A DNA stretch of 64,000 nucleotides from an uncultured Actinomycetota bacterium (lineage in GTDB: Bacteria > Actinomycetota > Actinomycetes > BP-191): positions 370,666 through 434,665 of the forward strand of contig CAVXXT010000008.1 of assembly GCA_963765815.1 (NCBI GenBank). Direction: 5' to 3'. Every line of letters starts with the position of its first letter. The stretch's first letter is position 1. The notes under the pieces are model-generated. The model did not search any database, was not told the DNA's origin, and was given only the letters and a program-made list of their open reading frames with translations. The translations under genes were made by a program, and so were the position numbers. This document shows positions 26,320 to 38,044 of the stretch, piece after piece.

Positions 26320-26679
26320 GTGCTCCGCCCCTACCTGCCGATCCTCGTCCTCTTCGTGCTCGCGGCCGGCTTCGCCGTGTTCTCCGTGGTCGCCGGTGCG
26401 CTGGTCGGGCCGCGTCGGTACAACCGGGCGAAGTCTGCGGCGTACGAGTCGGGCATCGAGCCCGAGCCGCGCCCCGACGGCATCCGGTTCCCGGTGAAGT
26501 TCTACCTGACCGCGATGCTCTTCATCGTCTTCGACATCGAGATCATCTTCCTCTACCCGTGGGCCGTGGCCTTCGAGCAGCTGGGTGTCTTCGGGCTGGT
26601 CGAGATGGTGCTGTTCATCGGCACGGTGTTCGTCGCCTACGCCTACGTCTGGCGGCGGGGAGGTCTCGAGTGGGACTAG
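26320..26679 (+). CDS. nuoA: NADH-quinone oxidoreductase subunit A
   Basis: AGGAGGA SD, GTG start. Three TMs. YESGIEP...[15 protein letters not shown]. Confidence 0.93.
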   Translation: MLRPYLPILVLFVLAAGFAVFSVVAGALVGPRRYNRAKSAAYESGIEPEPRPDGIRFPVKFYLTAMLFIVFDIEIIFLYPWAVAFEQLGVFGLVEMVLFIGTVFVAYAYVWRRGGLEWD

Positions 26680-27173
26680 AGGAGAAGCTGCCGAGCGGCG
26701 TGCTCCTGACGTCGGTCGAGAAGTTCGTCAACTGGTCGCGCCAGTCGTCCCTGTGGCCGGCGACGTTCGGCCTGGCCTGCTGCGCCATCGAGATGATGGC
26801 CACCGGCGCCGGCCGCTACGACATGGCGCGGTTCGGCATGGAGGTCTTCCGCGCCTCGCCGCGCCAGGCCGACCTGATGATCGTCGCGGGCCGGGTCTCG
26901 CAGAAGATGGCGCCGGTGCTGCGCCAGATCTATGACCAGATGCCCGAGCCCAAGTGGGTCATCGCGATGGGCGTCTGCGCCAGCAGCGGCGGCATGTTCA
27001 ACAACTACGCGATCGTCCAGGGCGTCGACCACGTCGTACCCGTGGACATGTACCTCCCCGGCTGCCCGCCGCGGCCGGAGATGCTGCTCGACGCGATCCT
27101 CAAGCTGCACGCCAAGATCGGCCTCGAGCCGCTCGGCGCGCACCGCGACACCGGCGTCGGGACCGCGGTATGA
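26670..27173 (+). CDS. nuoB: NADH-quinone oxidoreductase subunit B
   Basis: GTG 26670 overlaps the nuoA end. N2-cluster motifs [28 protein letters not shown]. Confidence 0.93.
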   Translation: MGLEEKLPSGVLLTSVEKFVNWSRQSSLWPATFGLACCAIEMMATGAGRYDMARFGMEVFRASPRQADLMIVAGRVSQKMAPVLRQIYDQMPEPKWVIAMGVCASSGGMFNNYAIVQGVDHVVPVDMYLPGCPPRPEMLLDAILKLHAKIGLEPLGAHRDTGVGTAV

Positions 27174-27765
27174 CGCCGAGCGAGACCTCGGGGATGCCAC
27201 GTCACACCTCCTCCCCGCGCCCGGTCCCCGTCGTCGGCGCGATCGAGTCGCTCGACGCGTGGGCCCGCGGAGCGGTCGACCAGGTGACGGCCGCCGCAGG
27301 GGCCGGCCTCGAGCGGGTGGTCGTCGACCGCGACGAGCTGACGTTGCACGTCGACCGCGACGCACTGATCGCCGTCGCGCGAGTGCTTCGCGACGAGCTG
27401 CGGTGCGAGCTGCTCTCCAGCGTGTCCGGGGTCGACTACCTCGGCACGGACGAGCGCCGGCTGCACGCGGTCTACCACGTGACGTCGCTGTCCTACCGCC
27501 GCCGGCTGCGGCTCGAGGTCGCAGTGACCGTCGAGGACCCGCACGTCCCCAGCGTCATGGACGTCTGGCCCACCGCCGACTGGCACGAGCGCGAGACCTG
27601 GGACTTCTTCGGGATCGTGTTCGACGGTCACCCGTCGCTCACCCGGATCCAGATGCCCGACGACTGGGACGGGCACCCGCAGCGCAAGGACTACCCGCTC
27701 GGCGGCGTGCCGGTCGAGTACCACGGCGCGCAGATCCCGCCCCTCGAGGATCGCCGGGCGTGGGC

Positions 27766-27769
<4 letters not shown>
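27170..27769 (+). CDS. nuoC: NADH-quinone oxidoreductase subunit C
   Basis: ATGA overlap. [25 protein letters not shown]...DYPLGG. Confidence 0.92.
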
Positions 27770-29069
<1,300 letters not shown>

Positions 29070-29070
<1 letters not shown>

Positions 29071-29645
29071 TGGCTCTCACCGACTCCACGCGCGAGAAGG
29101 CCCGCGCGATCATCGCGCGCTACCCGAAGTCGCGGTCCGCCCTGCTGCCGATGCTGCACCTCGTGCAGGCCGAAGAGGGCTGTGTCACCCCCGAGGGCGT
29201 CGCGCTCTGCGCCGAGATGCTCGGCCTCACCAAGGCCGAGGTCGGCGGCGTCGCGACCTTCTACACGATGTACAAGCGACGTCCGGTCGGTGAGCACCTG
29301 GTCTCGGTCTGCACCAACCTCTCCTGCCAGCTGCTCGGCGGCGAGGAGGTCTACGCGCGACTGTCGGAGCGGCTCGGCGTCGGGCACGACCAGACGACGC
29401 CGGACGGCAAGTTCACGCTCGAGCACGCCGAGTGCCTGGCCGCGTGCGACTTCGCGCCCTGCCTCACGGTCAACTACGAGTTCTTCGACAACACCGACCC
29501 GGACGCGGCGGTCGCGATCGTCGACGCGCTCGCGCGGGGCGAACGGCCCACACCCACCCGGGGTGACTCGGTCGGCGACTTCCGGCAGGCGTCGCTCCAG
29601 CTCGCCGGCTTCGGCGACGGCGCCACCGACAGGGGCGACGCCTGA
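29070..29645 (+). CDS. nuoE: NADH-quinone oxidoreductase subunit E
   Basis: Thioredoxin-like [2Fe-2S] Cys pattern (VCTNLSCQ ... [11 protein letters not shown]). Confidence 0.92.
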
Positions 29646-30928
29646 TGCCGCTCACCCCGGTGCTCACCGCGCGCTGGAACGAGTCCGAGCCGTGGACGAT
29701 CGAGACCTACGAGCGACTCGACGGCTACGCCGGGCTGCGCGCCGCCCTGGCGATGGAGCCCGACGCGGTCATCCAGCTGGTCAAGGACTCCGGCCTGCGC
29801 GGGCGCGGCGGCGCCGGCTTCCCGACCGGCATGAAGTGGGGCTTCATCCCGCAGGGCGACGACAAGCCGCACTACGTCGTGGTCAACGCCGACGAGGGCG
29901 AGCCGGGCACGTGCAAGGACGCCCCGCTGATGATGACCGACCCGCACTCGCTCATCGAGGGCATCGTCATCGCGTCGTACGCCATCCGCTGCAACCACGC
30001 CTTCATCTACCTGCGCGGCGAGCTCGTCCACGCCGGACGCCGGCTGGAGAAGGCGATCGCCGAGGCCTACGCCAAGGGCTACCTCGGCAAGGACGTCATG
30101 GGGTCCGGCTTCGACTGCGAGCTGACGCTGCACCGCGGTGCCGGCGCCTACATCTGCGGCGAGGAGACGGCGCTGCTCGACTCGCTCGAGGGCTACCGCG
30201 GCCAGCCGCGCCTGCGCCCGCCGTTCCCGGCGACGCACGGCCTGTATGGCTGCCCCACCGTCGTCAACAACGTCGAGACCATCGCGAGCGTGCCGTTCAT
30301 CGTCCGCAAGGGCGCCGACTGGTGGAAGTCGATGGGCACCGAGAAGTCGCCCGGTCCGAAGATCTTCTCGGTGTCGGGTCACGTCGTGCGCCCCGGTCAG
30401 TACGAAGTGCCGCTCGGCACGACCGCGCGCGAGCTGATCATGGACATCGCCGGCGGCATCCGCGACGGCCGGTCGCTGAAGGCGTGGACCCCCGGAGGGT
30501 CGTCGACCCCGATGCTCACCGGCGAGCACCTCGACACCTCGCTCGACTTCGAGGGCGTCATGGCCGCCGGGTCGCTGCTCGGGACGGCCGCCGTCATGGT
30601 CATGGACGACACGACCTGCATCGTCAAGACCGCGCTGCGGCTCACCGAGTTCTACGCGCACGAGTCGTGCGGCAAGTGCACGCCGTGCCGCGAGGGCACC
30701 TACTGGATGACGCAGATCCTGCACCGGCTCGAGGAGGGTCAGGGGACCGAGAGCGACATCCAGACGCTGCTCGACACCTGCGACAACATCTTCGGCCGGT
30801 CCTTCTGCGCGCTCGGCGACGGCGCAACCAGCCCGATCGTCAGCTCGATCAAGTTCTTCCGCGACGAGTACGTCGCGCACTACACCACCGGCTCCTGCCC
30901 GATGCGCACTGCGGCGGTCACGGCATGA
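29645..30928 (+). CDS. nuoF: NADH-quinone oxidoreductase subunit F
   Basis: [16 protein letters not shown] (FMN/NADH site), [12 protein letters not shown] (N3 cluster). Confidence 0.95.
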   Translation: MPLTPVLTARWNESEPWTIETYERLDGYAGLRAALAMEPDAVIQLVKDSGLRGRGGAGFPTGMKWGFIPQGDDKPHYVVVNADEGEPGTCKDAPLMMTDPHSLIEGIVIASYAIRCNHAFIYLRGELVHAGRRLEKAIAEAYAKGYLGKDVMGSGFDCELTLHRGAGAYICGEETALLDSLEGYRGQPRLRPPFPATHGLYGCPTVVNNVETIASVPFIVRKGADWWKSMGTEKSPGPKIFSVSGHVVRPGQYEVPLGTTARELIMDIAGGIRDGRSLKAWTPGGSSTPMLTGEHLDTSLDFEGVMAAGSLLGTAAVMVMDDTTCIVKTALRLTEFYAHESCGKCTPCREGTYWMTQILHRLEEGQGTESDIQTLLDTCDNIFGRSFCALGDGATSPIVSSIKFFRDEYVAHYTTGSCPMRTAAVTA

Positions 30929-33321
30929 GCGACGTCACCGTCACGATCGACGGCGTCGAGATCACGGTGCCCGCCGGCACGCTCGTCATCCGCGCCGCCG
31001 AGCAGGTCGGCGTGCACGTCCCACGGTTCTGCGACCACCCGCTGCTCGACCCGGTCGGCGCGTGCCGGCAGTGCCTCGTCGAGGTGGAGGGCCAGCGCAA
31101 GCCGCTCACCGCCTGCACCACGACGTGCACCGAGGGCATGGTCGTGCGGACCCAGATGACCTCCGAGGTCGCCCGGAAGGGGCAGGAGGGCACCCTCGAG
31201 CTGCTGCTGATCAACCACCCGCTGGACTGCCCGATCTGCGACAAGGGCGGCGAGTGCCCCCTGCAGAACCAGACGCTGACCAACGGCCCGGGCGAGTCGC
31301 GGTACGTCGACGCGAAGCGCACCTACCCGAAGCCGCTCGCCATCTCCTCCCAGGTGCTGCTCGACCGCGAGCGCTGCGTGCTGTGCGCCCGCTGCACCCG
31401 GTTCTCCCAGCAGATCGCCGGTGACCCGTTCATCGAGCTGTTCGAGCGCGGCGCGCTGGAGCAGGTCGCGATCTACGCCGACGAGCCGTTCGAGTCCTAC
31501 TTCTCCGGCAACACCGTGCAGATCTGCCCGGTCGGCGCTCTCACCGGCGCGGCGTACCGGTTCCGAGCCCGCCCCTTCGACCTCGTCTCGTCAGCGACGG
31601 CGTGCGAGCACTGCGCGTCCGGCTGCGCGATGCGGGTCGACGCGCGCCGCAACACGGTGCTGCGGCGACTCGCCGGCGTCGACCCCGAGGTCAACGACGA
31701 GTGGAACTGCGACAAGGGCCGCTGGGCGTTCACCTACGCGACCGAGCCCGATCGGCTGACCACCCCCTTGGTGCGCGACGGCGCGACCCTGCGGGAGGCG
31801 TCGTGGGCCGAAGCGCTGGAGCGCGCCGCCGGCGGCCTCAAGGCCGCGCGCGCCTCCGCCGTCCTCACCGGCGGGCGTCTCACCGCCGAGGACGCCTACG
31901 CCTACGCCAAGTTCGCCCGGGTCGCCCTGCGGACCAACAACGTCGACTTCCGCACCCGGGCCGGAACGGCTGAGGAGGACGACTTCCTCGCCGGAGTCGC
32001 CGGGTCCGGCGTCACGGTGTCGTACGACGACCTCGACGCCGCGCCGACAGTGCTGCTCGCCGGGCTGGAGCCCGAGGAGGAGTCGCCGATCGTCTTCCTC
32101 CGGCTGCGGAAGGCCGCGCGACGCGGGTCGCTCAAGGTGTTCTCGCTCACGCCGGTCGCCACGCCGAGCCTTCGCAAGCTCTGGGCGACACCGGTGCTCG
32201 TCGCGCCCGGCGGCGAGGCGAAGGCTCTCCGCGTCGTGCTCGACGGCGAGAGCGGCGAGGCCGGTGCGATGGCGTCCGCGTTGCGCGCTCCGGGCGCCGT
32301 CATCCTCGTGGGTGAGCGGCTGGCCGCGGCGCCGGGAGCTCTCGCAGCCGTGCGTGCCGTCGCCGACGCCACCGGCGCTCGAGTGGGCTGGGTCCCTCGC
32401 CGAGCGGGTGACCGCGGCGCACTCGACGCGGGCGCCTTCCCGACCCTGCTGCCCGGCGGCCGGCCGATCGCCGACGCCGGCGCGCGCGCCGACATCGAGT
32501 CCGTGTGGGGCGCCATCCCGGATGGCGCCGGCATGTCGACCACCGATGCCCTCGCCGCCGCGGCCGAAGGGCGCCTCGACGCGCTGCTCGTCGCCGGCGT
32601 CGACCCGGACGACCTGCCCGACCCGGCTGCCGCGATCGCCGCGCTCGACGCGGCGCGGTTCCTGGTGGCGCTGGACCTGCGCTCCAGCGCGGTCACCGAA
32701 CGCGCCCACGTCGTGCTGCCGGTCCTGCCGATGGCCGAGAAGTCCGGCAGCTTCGTCGACTGGGAGGGCCGCCGCCGCGAGTTCGCCGTGACGCTGCGCC
32801 CGACCGGCCAGGGGATGCCTGACCACCGGGTGCTCGACCTGCTCGCCCGCGAGATGGGGCTGGACCTCGGCATCCGCGACCCGGAGTCTGCACGCGCGGA
32901 GCTCGACCGGCTCGGACCGTGGGGCGGCAGCCGCCCGACGGTGAGCTCGGCGGGCGACAGCGCTTCCGACGGTGGTGCGCCGGCCGACGGCGAGGGGCTG
33001 CTCCTCGCGACCTGGCCGCTGCTGCTCGACCGCGGTCGGATGCAGGACGGCGAGCCGTTCCTCGCCGGCACCGCCCGGCGTACGACGGCGCTGCTCTCCG
33101 CGTCGACCGCGAAGGAGCTCGGCCTCGAGCGCGGCGCCCGCGCGATCGTCACCGGTGACCGCGGCTCGGTCACCGTGCCGGTCGACATCGCGGAGATGCC
33201 CGACGGCGTCGTGTGGCTGCCGACCAACTCGGCCGGCTGCGCGGTGCGCCGTGATCTCGCCGCCGGCACCGGCGCGCGGGTGACGGTCGTCCCCGCCGGC
33301 ACCGACGAGGTGTCGTCGTGA
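30925..33321 (+). CDS. nuoG: NADH-quinone oxidoreductase subunit G
   Basis: ATGA overlap. N-terminal Fe-S motifs ([44 protein letters not shown]) followed by a molybdopterin-like domain. Confidence 0.95.
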   Translation: MSDVTVTIDGVEITVPAGTLVIRAAEQVGVHVPRFCDHPLLDPVGACRQCLVEVEGQRKPLTACTTTCTEGMVVRTQMTSEVARKGQEGTLELLLINHPLDCPICDKGGECPLQNQTLTNGPGESRYVDAKRTYPKPLAISSQVLLDRERCVLCARCTRFSQQIAGDPFIELFERGALEQVAIYADEPFESYFSGNTVQICPVGALTGAAYRFRARPFDLVSSATACEHCASGCAMRVDARRNTVLRRLAGVDPEVNDEWNCDKGRWAFTYATEPDRLTTPLVRDGATLREASWAEALERAAGGLKAARASAVLTGGRLTAEDAYAYAKFARVALRTNNVDFRTRAGTAEEDDFLAGVAGSGVTVSYDDLDAAPTVLLAGLEPEEESPIVFLRLRKAARRGSLKVFSLTPVATPSLRKLWATPVLVAPGGEAKALRVVLDGESGEAGAMASALRAPGAVILVGERLAAAPGALAAVRAVADATGARVGWVPRRAGDRGALDAGAFPTLLPGGRPIADAGARADIESVWGAIPDGAGMSTTDALAAAAEGRLDALLVAGVDPDDLPDPAAAIAALDAARFLVALDLRSSAVTERAHVVLPVLPMAEKSGSFVDWEGRRREFAVTLRPTGQGMPDHRVLDLLAREMGLDLGIRDPESARAELDRLGPWGGSRPTVSSAGDSASDGGAPADGEGLLLATWPLLLDRGRMQDGEPFLAGTARRTTALLSASTAKELGLERGARAIVTGDRGSVTVPVDIAEMPDGVVWLPTNSAGCAVRRDLAAGTGARVTVVPAGTDEVSS

Positions 33322-34502
33322 GCATCCTCGCCCAGACCCCCGGCCGGCTGCCGACGTCGCTCGGCAACGATCCGCTCTGGATCAGCATCGTCAAGGCGGT
33401 GCTGATCTTCGCGTTCCTCGTCGTGACGGTCCTGCTCACCATCTGGGCCGAGCGGCGCATCGTCGCGCGGATGCAGCAGCGCATCGGCCCCAACCGCGTC
33501 GGCCCCGGCGGGGTGCTCCAGGGTCTCGCCGACGGCATCAAGCTCGCGCTGAAGGAAGACATCCGCCCTGCGGCAGCCGACCGGTGGGTCTACGTGCTCG
33601 CGCCGATCCTGTCCGTGATCCCGGCGTTCCTCGCGTTCGCCGTCATCCCCTTCGGGCCGACGGTGACGATCCGCGGACGTGAGGTCGCTCTGCAGCTCAC
33701 CGACCTGCCGGTGGGCGTCCTGTTCATCCTGGCGATGAGCTCGCTCGGGGTCTACGGCATCGTGCTCGCCGGCTGGTCCAGCGGGTCGGCGTACCCGCTG
33801 CTAGGCGCGCTGCGGTCGGCCGCGCAGATCATCAGCTACGAAGTCGCGATGGGGCTCAGCCTCGTCGGCGTCTTCCTCTACGCCGGTTCGCTGTCGACGT
33901 CAGAGATCGTCGCGCAGCAGCACGACCAGTGGTACGTCGTCACGCTCTTCCCGTCGTTCTTCGTCTACGCCATCGCGGCGGTGGGGGAGACGAACCGCGC
34001 GCCGTTCGACCTGCCCGAGGCCGAGAGCGAGCTGGTCGCGGGATTCCACACCGAGTACTCGAGCCTGAAGTTCGCGCTGTTCTTCCTCGCGGAGTACATC
34101 AACATGGTCACCGTGTCGGCGCTCGCGACGACGCTGTTCCTCGGCGGCTGGCGGCCGCCGCCCATCCCCGGGATCTCGGGTCTCGACACGGGCGTCTTCC
34201 CGGTCGTCTGGTTCCTGCTCAAGGTGATGCTGTTCATCTTCGGCTTCATCTGGCTGCGCGGGACGCTGCCTCGCCTGCGCTACGACCAGTTCATGCAGCT
34301 CGGCTGGAAGGTCCTCGTCCCGTTCAGCCTCGGCTGGCTGATGATCGTGGCGACCGCCCGCACCGTCGTGCGCGAGAGCGCCAACAGCACCGGCGGCGAC
34401 TCCAACCTGTTCCGGGTCGGGCTGATCGCGGTGGCGCTCGTCGTCGTCGCCCTCCTCTTCTGGCCGGCCGGCCGGCCCGACGAGGAGGTCACCGGTGCTT
34501 GA
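33318..34502 (+). CDS. nuoH: NADH-quinone oxidoreductase subunit H
   Basis: GTGA overlap. [56 protein letters not shown]. Confidence 0.95.
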   Translation: MSILAQTPGRLPTSLGNDPLWISIVKAVLIFAFLVVTVLLTIWAERRIVARMQQRIGPNRVGPGGVLQGLADGIKLALKEDIRPAAADRWVYVLAPILSVIPAFLAFAVIPFGPTVTIRGREVALQLTDLPVGVLFILAMSSLGVYGIVLAGWSSGSAYPLLGALRSAAQIISYEVAMGLSLVGVFLYAGSLSTSEIVAQQHDQWYVVTLFPSFFVYAIAAVGETNRAPFDLPEAESELVAGFHTEYSSLKFALFFLAEYINMVTVSALATTLFLGGWRPPPIPGISGLDTGVFPVVWFLLKVMLFIFGFIWLRGTLPRLRYDQFMQLGWKVLVPFSLGWLMIVATARTVVRESANSTGGDSNLFRVGLIAVALVVVALLFWPAGRPDEEVTGA

Positions 34503-35072
34503 TTCAGTGAAGGGCTTCGGCCTGACCTTCGCGACGATGTTCAAGAAGGTGAACACGGTCCAGTACCCGGAGGACACGCCGCCCGACCGCAGCCGCGCTT
34601 CCACGGCCGGCACGTGCTCAACCGGCACCCTGACGGGCTCGAGAAGTGCGTCGGGTGCGAGCTCTGCGCATGGGCCTGCCCGGCCGACGCGATCTACGTC
34701 GAGGGCGCGGACAACACCGAGGCGGAGCGCTACTCGCCCGGCGAGCGCTACGGCGCCGTCTACCAGATCAACTACCTGCGCTGCATCCTCTGCGGGTTGT
34801 GCATCGAGGCGTGCCCGACGCGAGCGCTGACGATGACCAACGAGTACGAGCTCGCCGACGACAGCCGTGACGAGCTGATCTTCACGAAGGAGCGGCTGCT
34901 CGCCCCACTTGGCGACGGCATGGAGGCTCCGCCGCACGCCATGCGGCTGCCCGACCCGAAGGACTACTACCGCGGGACTCTCCTCGACCCGCGCGACGCC
35001 GACCCCGCCGCGCTCGACATCGACCTCGCGGCCATGCTCGCCACGCAGAACGACCGGCAGGAAGACACGTGA
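34495..35072 (+). pseudogene. nuoI: NADH-quinone oxidoreductase subunit I with an apparent frameshift after codon ~32
   Basis: The N-terminus [32 protein letters not shown] is in the frame of GTG 34495. The remainder [31 protein letters not shown]...[12 protein letters not shown] is in the -1 frame (track ORF 34614..35072). Two nt (AG, 34591-34592) sit where a whole codon is needed. Confidence 0.88.
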
Positions 35073-35813
35073 GCCCGGTGCTGGCGCAGATCGCGCAGAC
35101 GACGTCCGGGAACGGCGGGACCGCCGAGCAGATCCTGTTCTGGGTCCTCGCGCCCATCGCGCTGGGCAGCGCAGTGTTGATGGTTCTCAGCCGCAACGCC
35201 GTGCACGCGGCACTGTGGCTCGTCGTCGACTTCTTCTGCCTCGCCGTGTTCTACGCCGCTCTCGACGCGCCGTTCCTCGCGGCGGTGCAGGTGATCGTCT
35301 ACACCGGCGCGATCATGGTGCTGTTCCTCTTCGTGCTGATGCTCGTCGGCGTCGACCGCGAGGACTCTCTCGTCGAGACGATCCGCGGTCATCGGCTGGC
35401 TGCGCTGCTCGTCTCGCTCGGCTTCGCGGGTGTGCTGATCGGCGGCTTCGGCCGCACCATCCTGCGACCAGCCCGACGTCGGGCTCGCCGATGCCAACGC
35501 CAACGGCAACGTCTACGGGATCGCGCAGCGGCTCTTCACCGACTACGTCGTGGCGTTCGAGCTGACCAGCGCCTTGCTGATCGTCGCCGCGGTCGGCGCG
35601 ATGGTGCTCGCCCACAAGGAGACCGCACGCCGGCCGACCCAGCGGGAGCAGTCGATCGCCCGGTTCCGCGGCACCCACCCGACGCCGCTCCCCGGCCCGG
35701 GTGTCTACGCCGGCACCGCCGACACCGACGAGGCCCCGACTCTCGCGCCCGCACCCGGCGGCCCCACCGACATCGGCCTCGGCTCGACCGCGACGGACGG
35801 GAGCACGCTGTGA
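35069..35813 (+). pseudogene. nuoJ: NADH-quinone oxidoreductase subunit J with an apparent frameshift near 35459-35468
   Basis: The N-terminal ~131 codons (…[50 protein letters not shown]…) are in the frame of 35069. The C-terminus [52 protein letters not shown]... is in the +1 frame and ends at 35813 (track ORF 35550..35813). Confidence 0.88.
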
Positions 35814-36109
35814 ACCCGGGCTACTACCTCGTGCTGAGTGCAGCCCTGTTCACCATCGGGACTCTCGGCGTCCTCATCCGGCGCAACGCGATCGTCGTCT
35901 TCATGTGCGTCGAGCTGATGCTCAACGCCGTCAACCTCACCCTGGTCACGTTCTCCCGGATCAACGGCACGCTCGACGGCCAGGTCATGGCGTTCTTCGT
36001 CATGGTCGTCGCGGCCGCCGAGGTCGTCGTCGGACTGGCCATCATCGTGACCATCTTCCGGACCAGGCACTCGACCTCGGTCGACGACGCGAGCCTGCTG
36101 AAGTGGTAG
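35810..36109 (+). CDS. nuoK: NADH-quinone oxidoreductase subunit K
   Basis: GTGA overlap with the nuoJ C-terminal frame. [43 protein letters not shown]...[13 protein letters not shown]. Confidence 0.93.
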   Translation: MNPGYYLVLSAALFTIGTLGVLIRRNAIVVFMCVELMLNAVNLTLVTFSRINGTLDGQVMAFFVMVVAAAEVVVGLAIIVTIFRTRHSTSVDDASLLKW

Positions 36110-36114
36110 CCCCC

Positions 36115-38043
36115 GTGCCTGCTCTCGCCCTCCTCGAGCCGACCACCGCGGCCGGCGTGCACGACCTGCTGTGGCTGCTGATCGCGCTGCCGCTCGCCGG
36201 CGCCGCCCTGCTGCTGTTGGTCGGCCGTCGCGCCGACCCGTGGGGGCACCTGGTCGGCACCGCCGTCGCTGCGGGCACGTTCGTCCTCGCCGTCGCCAGC
36301 TTCCTGCGGCTCACGTCGCTGCCGACCGAGGAGCGGGCCGTTCTTCGGCACGTCTACTCCTACATCGGCGTCGGCCGGTTCCACGTCGACGTCGACCTGT
36401 TCCTCGACCCGCTGTCCGGCGTGTTCCTGCTGCTCGTGACCGGGGTCGGCCTGCTGGTGCACGTCTACTCGATCGGCTACATGGGGCACGACCCGCACCG
36501 ACGGCGCTTCTTCGCCTACTTGAACCTCTTCCTCGCCTCCATGCTCCTGCTCGTCCTCGCCAGCGGCTTCCTGGTGATGTACGTCGGCTGGGAGATGGTC
36601 GGGCTCTCGTCGTACCTGCTCATCTGCTTCTGGTCCTTCAAGCCGGCAGCGGCCACCGCCGCGAAGAAGGCGTTCATCACCAACCGGGTCGGCGACGTCG
36701 GGTTCGGCCTCGCCGTGATGCTGCTGTTCTCGACCTTCGGCGCCGTCGCCTTCGCCGACGTCTTCCCGCGGGCGGACGCGGTCTCGACCGGCACTGTCAC
36801 GGCCATCTGCCTGCTGATGCTCCTCGGCGCGTGCAGCAAGAGCGCTCAGGTCCCGCTGCACGTCTGGCTGCCGGACGCGATGGAGGGCCCGACGCCGGCC
36901 AGCGCGCTGATCCACGCCGCGACGATGGTGACGGCCGGGGTCTACCTGGTCGCTCGCGCGCATCCGCTGTTCGAGGCGTCGCCGGTCGCCCTCGACGTCG
37001 TGTCGTGGGTGGGGGTCATCACCGTCCTGGTCGGCGGCGCGATCGCCTGCGTGCAGGACGACATCAAGAAGGTGCTCGCCTACTCGACGATCAGCCAGAT
37101 CGGCTACATGTTCCTCGCGGTGGGTCTCGGCCCGGCGGCGTACGCGCTGGGCATCTTCCACCTGCTCACGCACGGGTTCTTCAAGGCCCTGATGTTCATG
37201 GGGGCCGGCTCGGTCATGCACGGCGTGCACGACGAGACCGACATGCGGCGGATGGGTGGGCTGCGCGCCGCCATGCCGATCACCGCGTGGACCTTCGTCG
37301 TGGGCTGGCTGGCCATCATCGGCGTTCCGCCGTTCGCCGGCTTCTTCTCGAAGGACCAGATCCTCGAGGCGGCGTTCGAGAGCGAGCACTACGCGCTGTG
37401 GGCGCTCGCACTGCTCGGCGCCGGCGTGACGGCGTTCTACATGTCACGGCTGGTGTTCATGACGTTCTTCGGCGCGTCACGGGTCAGCAAGGACGTGCAC
37501 CCGCACGAGTCCCCCTCGTCGATGACGGTCCCCCTGGTGGTGCTCGCCGGGCTCGCCGCAGTGAGCGGCGCGGCCCTGAACCTCACCAAGGACGGCCGGC
37601 TGTTCGAGTTCCTCGAGCCGGTCTTCGGCGAGCCCGAGCACGGCGAGCACACCGCCGCCATCCCGGCCTGGGGGCTCACCATCATCACCATTGCGGTGGT
37701 CGCCGCCGGTGTGCTCGTCGCGCGCAGCCGCTTCCTCCAGCGCCCGGTGCCGGCGACGGCTCCGGACGACGTGCCCGCGCCCGTGACCTGGCTGCGGAAG
37801 AAGCTCTACTTCGACTCGGTCTACGAGTCGGTCCTGATGCGTCCAGGGCAGTACCTCGCCCGCGCCCTCGTGTTCGTCGACGGCCGGGGGATCGACGGCG
37901 CGGTCAACGGACTGGCGGCCGCCGTCGGCGGCGCATCTGGTCGGCTGCGCCGTGTGCAGACCGGGTTCGTCCGCTCCTACGCCCTCGGCATGCTCGGCGG
38001 AGCCGCCGTCCTCGTCGCCACCCTGCTGCTCGTGAGGATCTGA
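36115..38043 (+). CDS. nuoL: NADH-quinone oxidoreductase subunit L
   Basis: GTG 36115. Antiporter-like (WEMVGLSSYLLICFW, KSAQVPLHVWLPDAMEGPTPASALIHAATMV) with a C-terminal lateral-helix region. Confidence 0.93.
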   Translation: MPALALLEPTTAAGVHDLLWLLIALPLAGAALLLLVGRRADPWGHLVGTAVAAGTFVLAVASFLRLTSLPTEERAVLRHVYSYIGVGRFHVDVDLFLDPLSGVFLLLVTGVGLLVHVYSIGYMGHDPHRRRFFAYLNLFLASMLLLVLASGFLVMYVGWEMVGLSSYLLICFWSFKPAAATAAKKAFITNRVGDVGFGLAVMLLFSTFGAVAFADVFPRADAVSTGTVTAICLLMLLGACSKSAQVPLHVWLPDAMEGPTPASALIHAATMVTAGVYLVARAHPLFEASPVALDVVSWVGVITVLVGGAIACVQDDIKKVLAYSTISQIGYMFLAVGLGPAAYALGIFHLLTHGFFKALMFMGAGSVMHGVHDETDMRRMGGLRAAMPITAWTFVVGWLAIIGVPPFAGFFSKDQILEAAFESEHYALWALALLGAGVTAFYMSRLVFMTFFGASRVSKDVHPHESPSSMTVPLVVLAGLAAVSGAALNLTKDGRLFEFLEPVFGEPEHGEHTAAIPAWGLTIITIAVVAAGVLVARSRFLQRPVPATAPDDVPAPVTWLRKKLYFDSVYESVLMRPGQYLARALVFVDGRGIDGAVNGLAAAVGGASGRLRRVQTGFVRSYALGMLGGAAVLVATLLLVRI

Positions 38044-38044
38044 C

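Noticed and set aside
29182-30924. Long N-terminal extension of the nuoG frame (track ORF 29182..33321), and similar upstream extensions of resB (3304), ccdA (2969), nuoD (26932), nuoL (35701) and the ATPase (to 19254)
   Set aside because: The extensions are Arg/Pro-rich and overlap upstream genes that carry clear signatures. The real starts are the ATG/GTG codons that overlap the preceding stop codons.
35069-36109. 346-aa ORF that looks like a NuoJ-NuoK fusion protein
   Set aside because: The middle ~115 residues are Arg-rich nonsense, and the real NuoJ C-terminus is in another frame (35550..35813). The 'fusion' exists only because the nuoJ N-terminal frame coincides with the nuoK frame after a frameshift.
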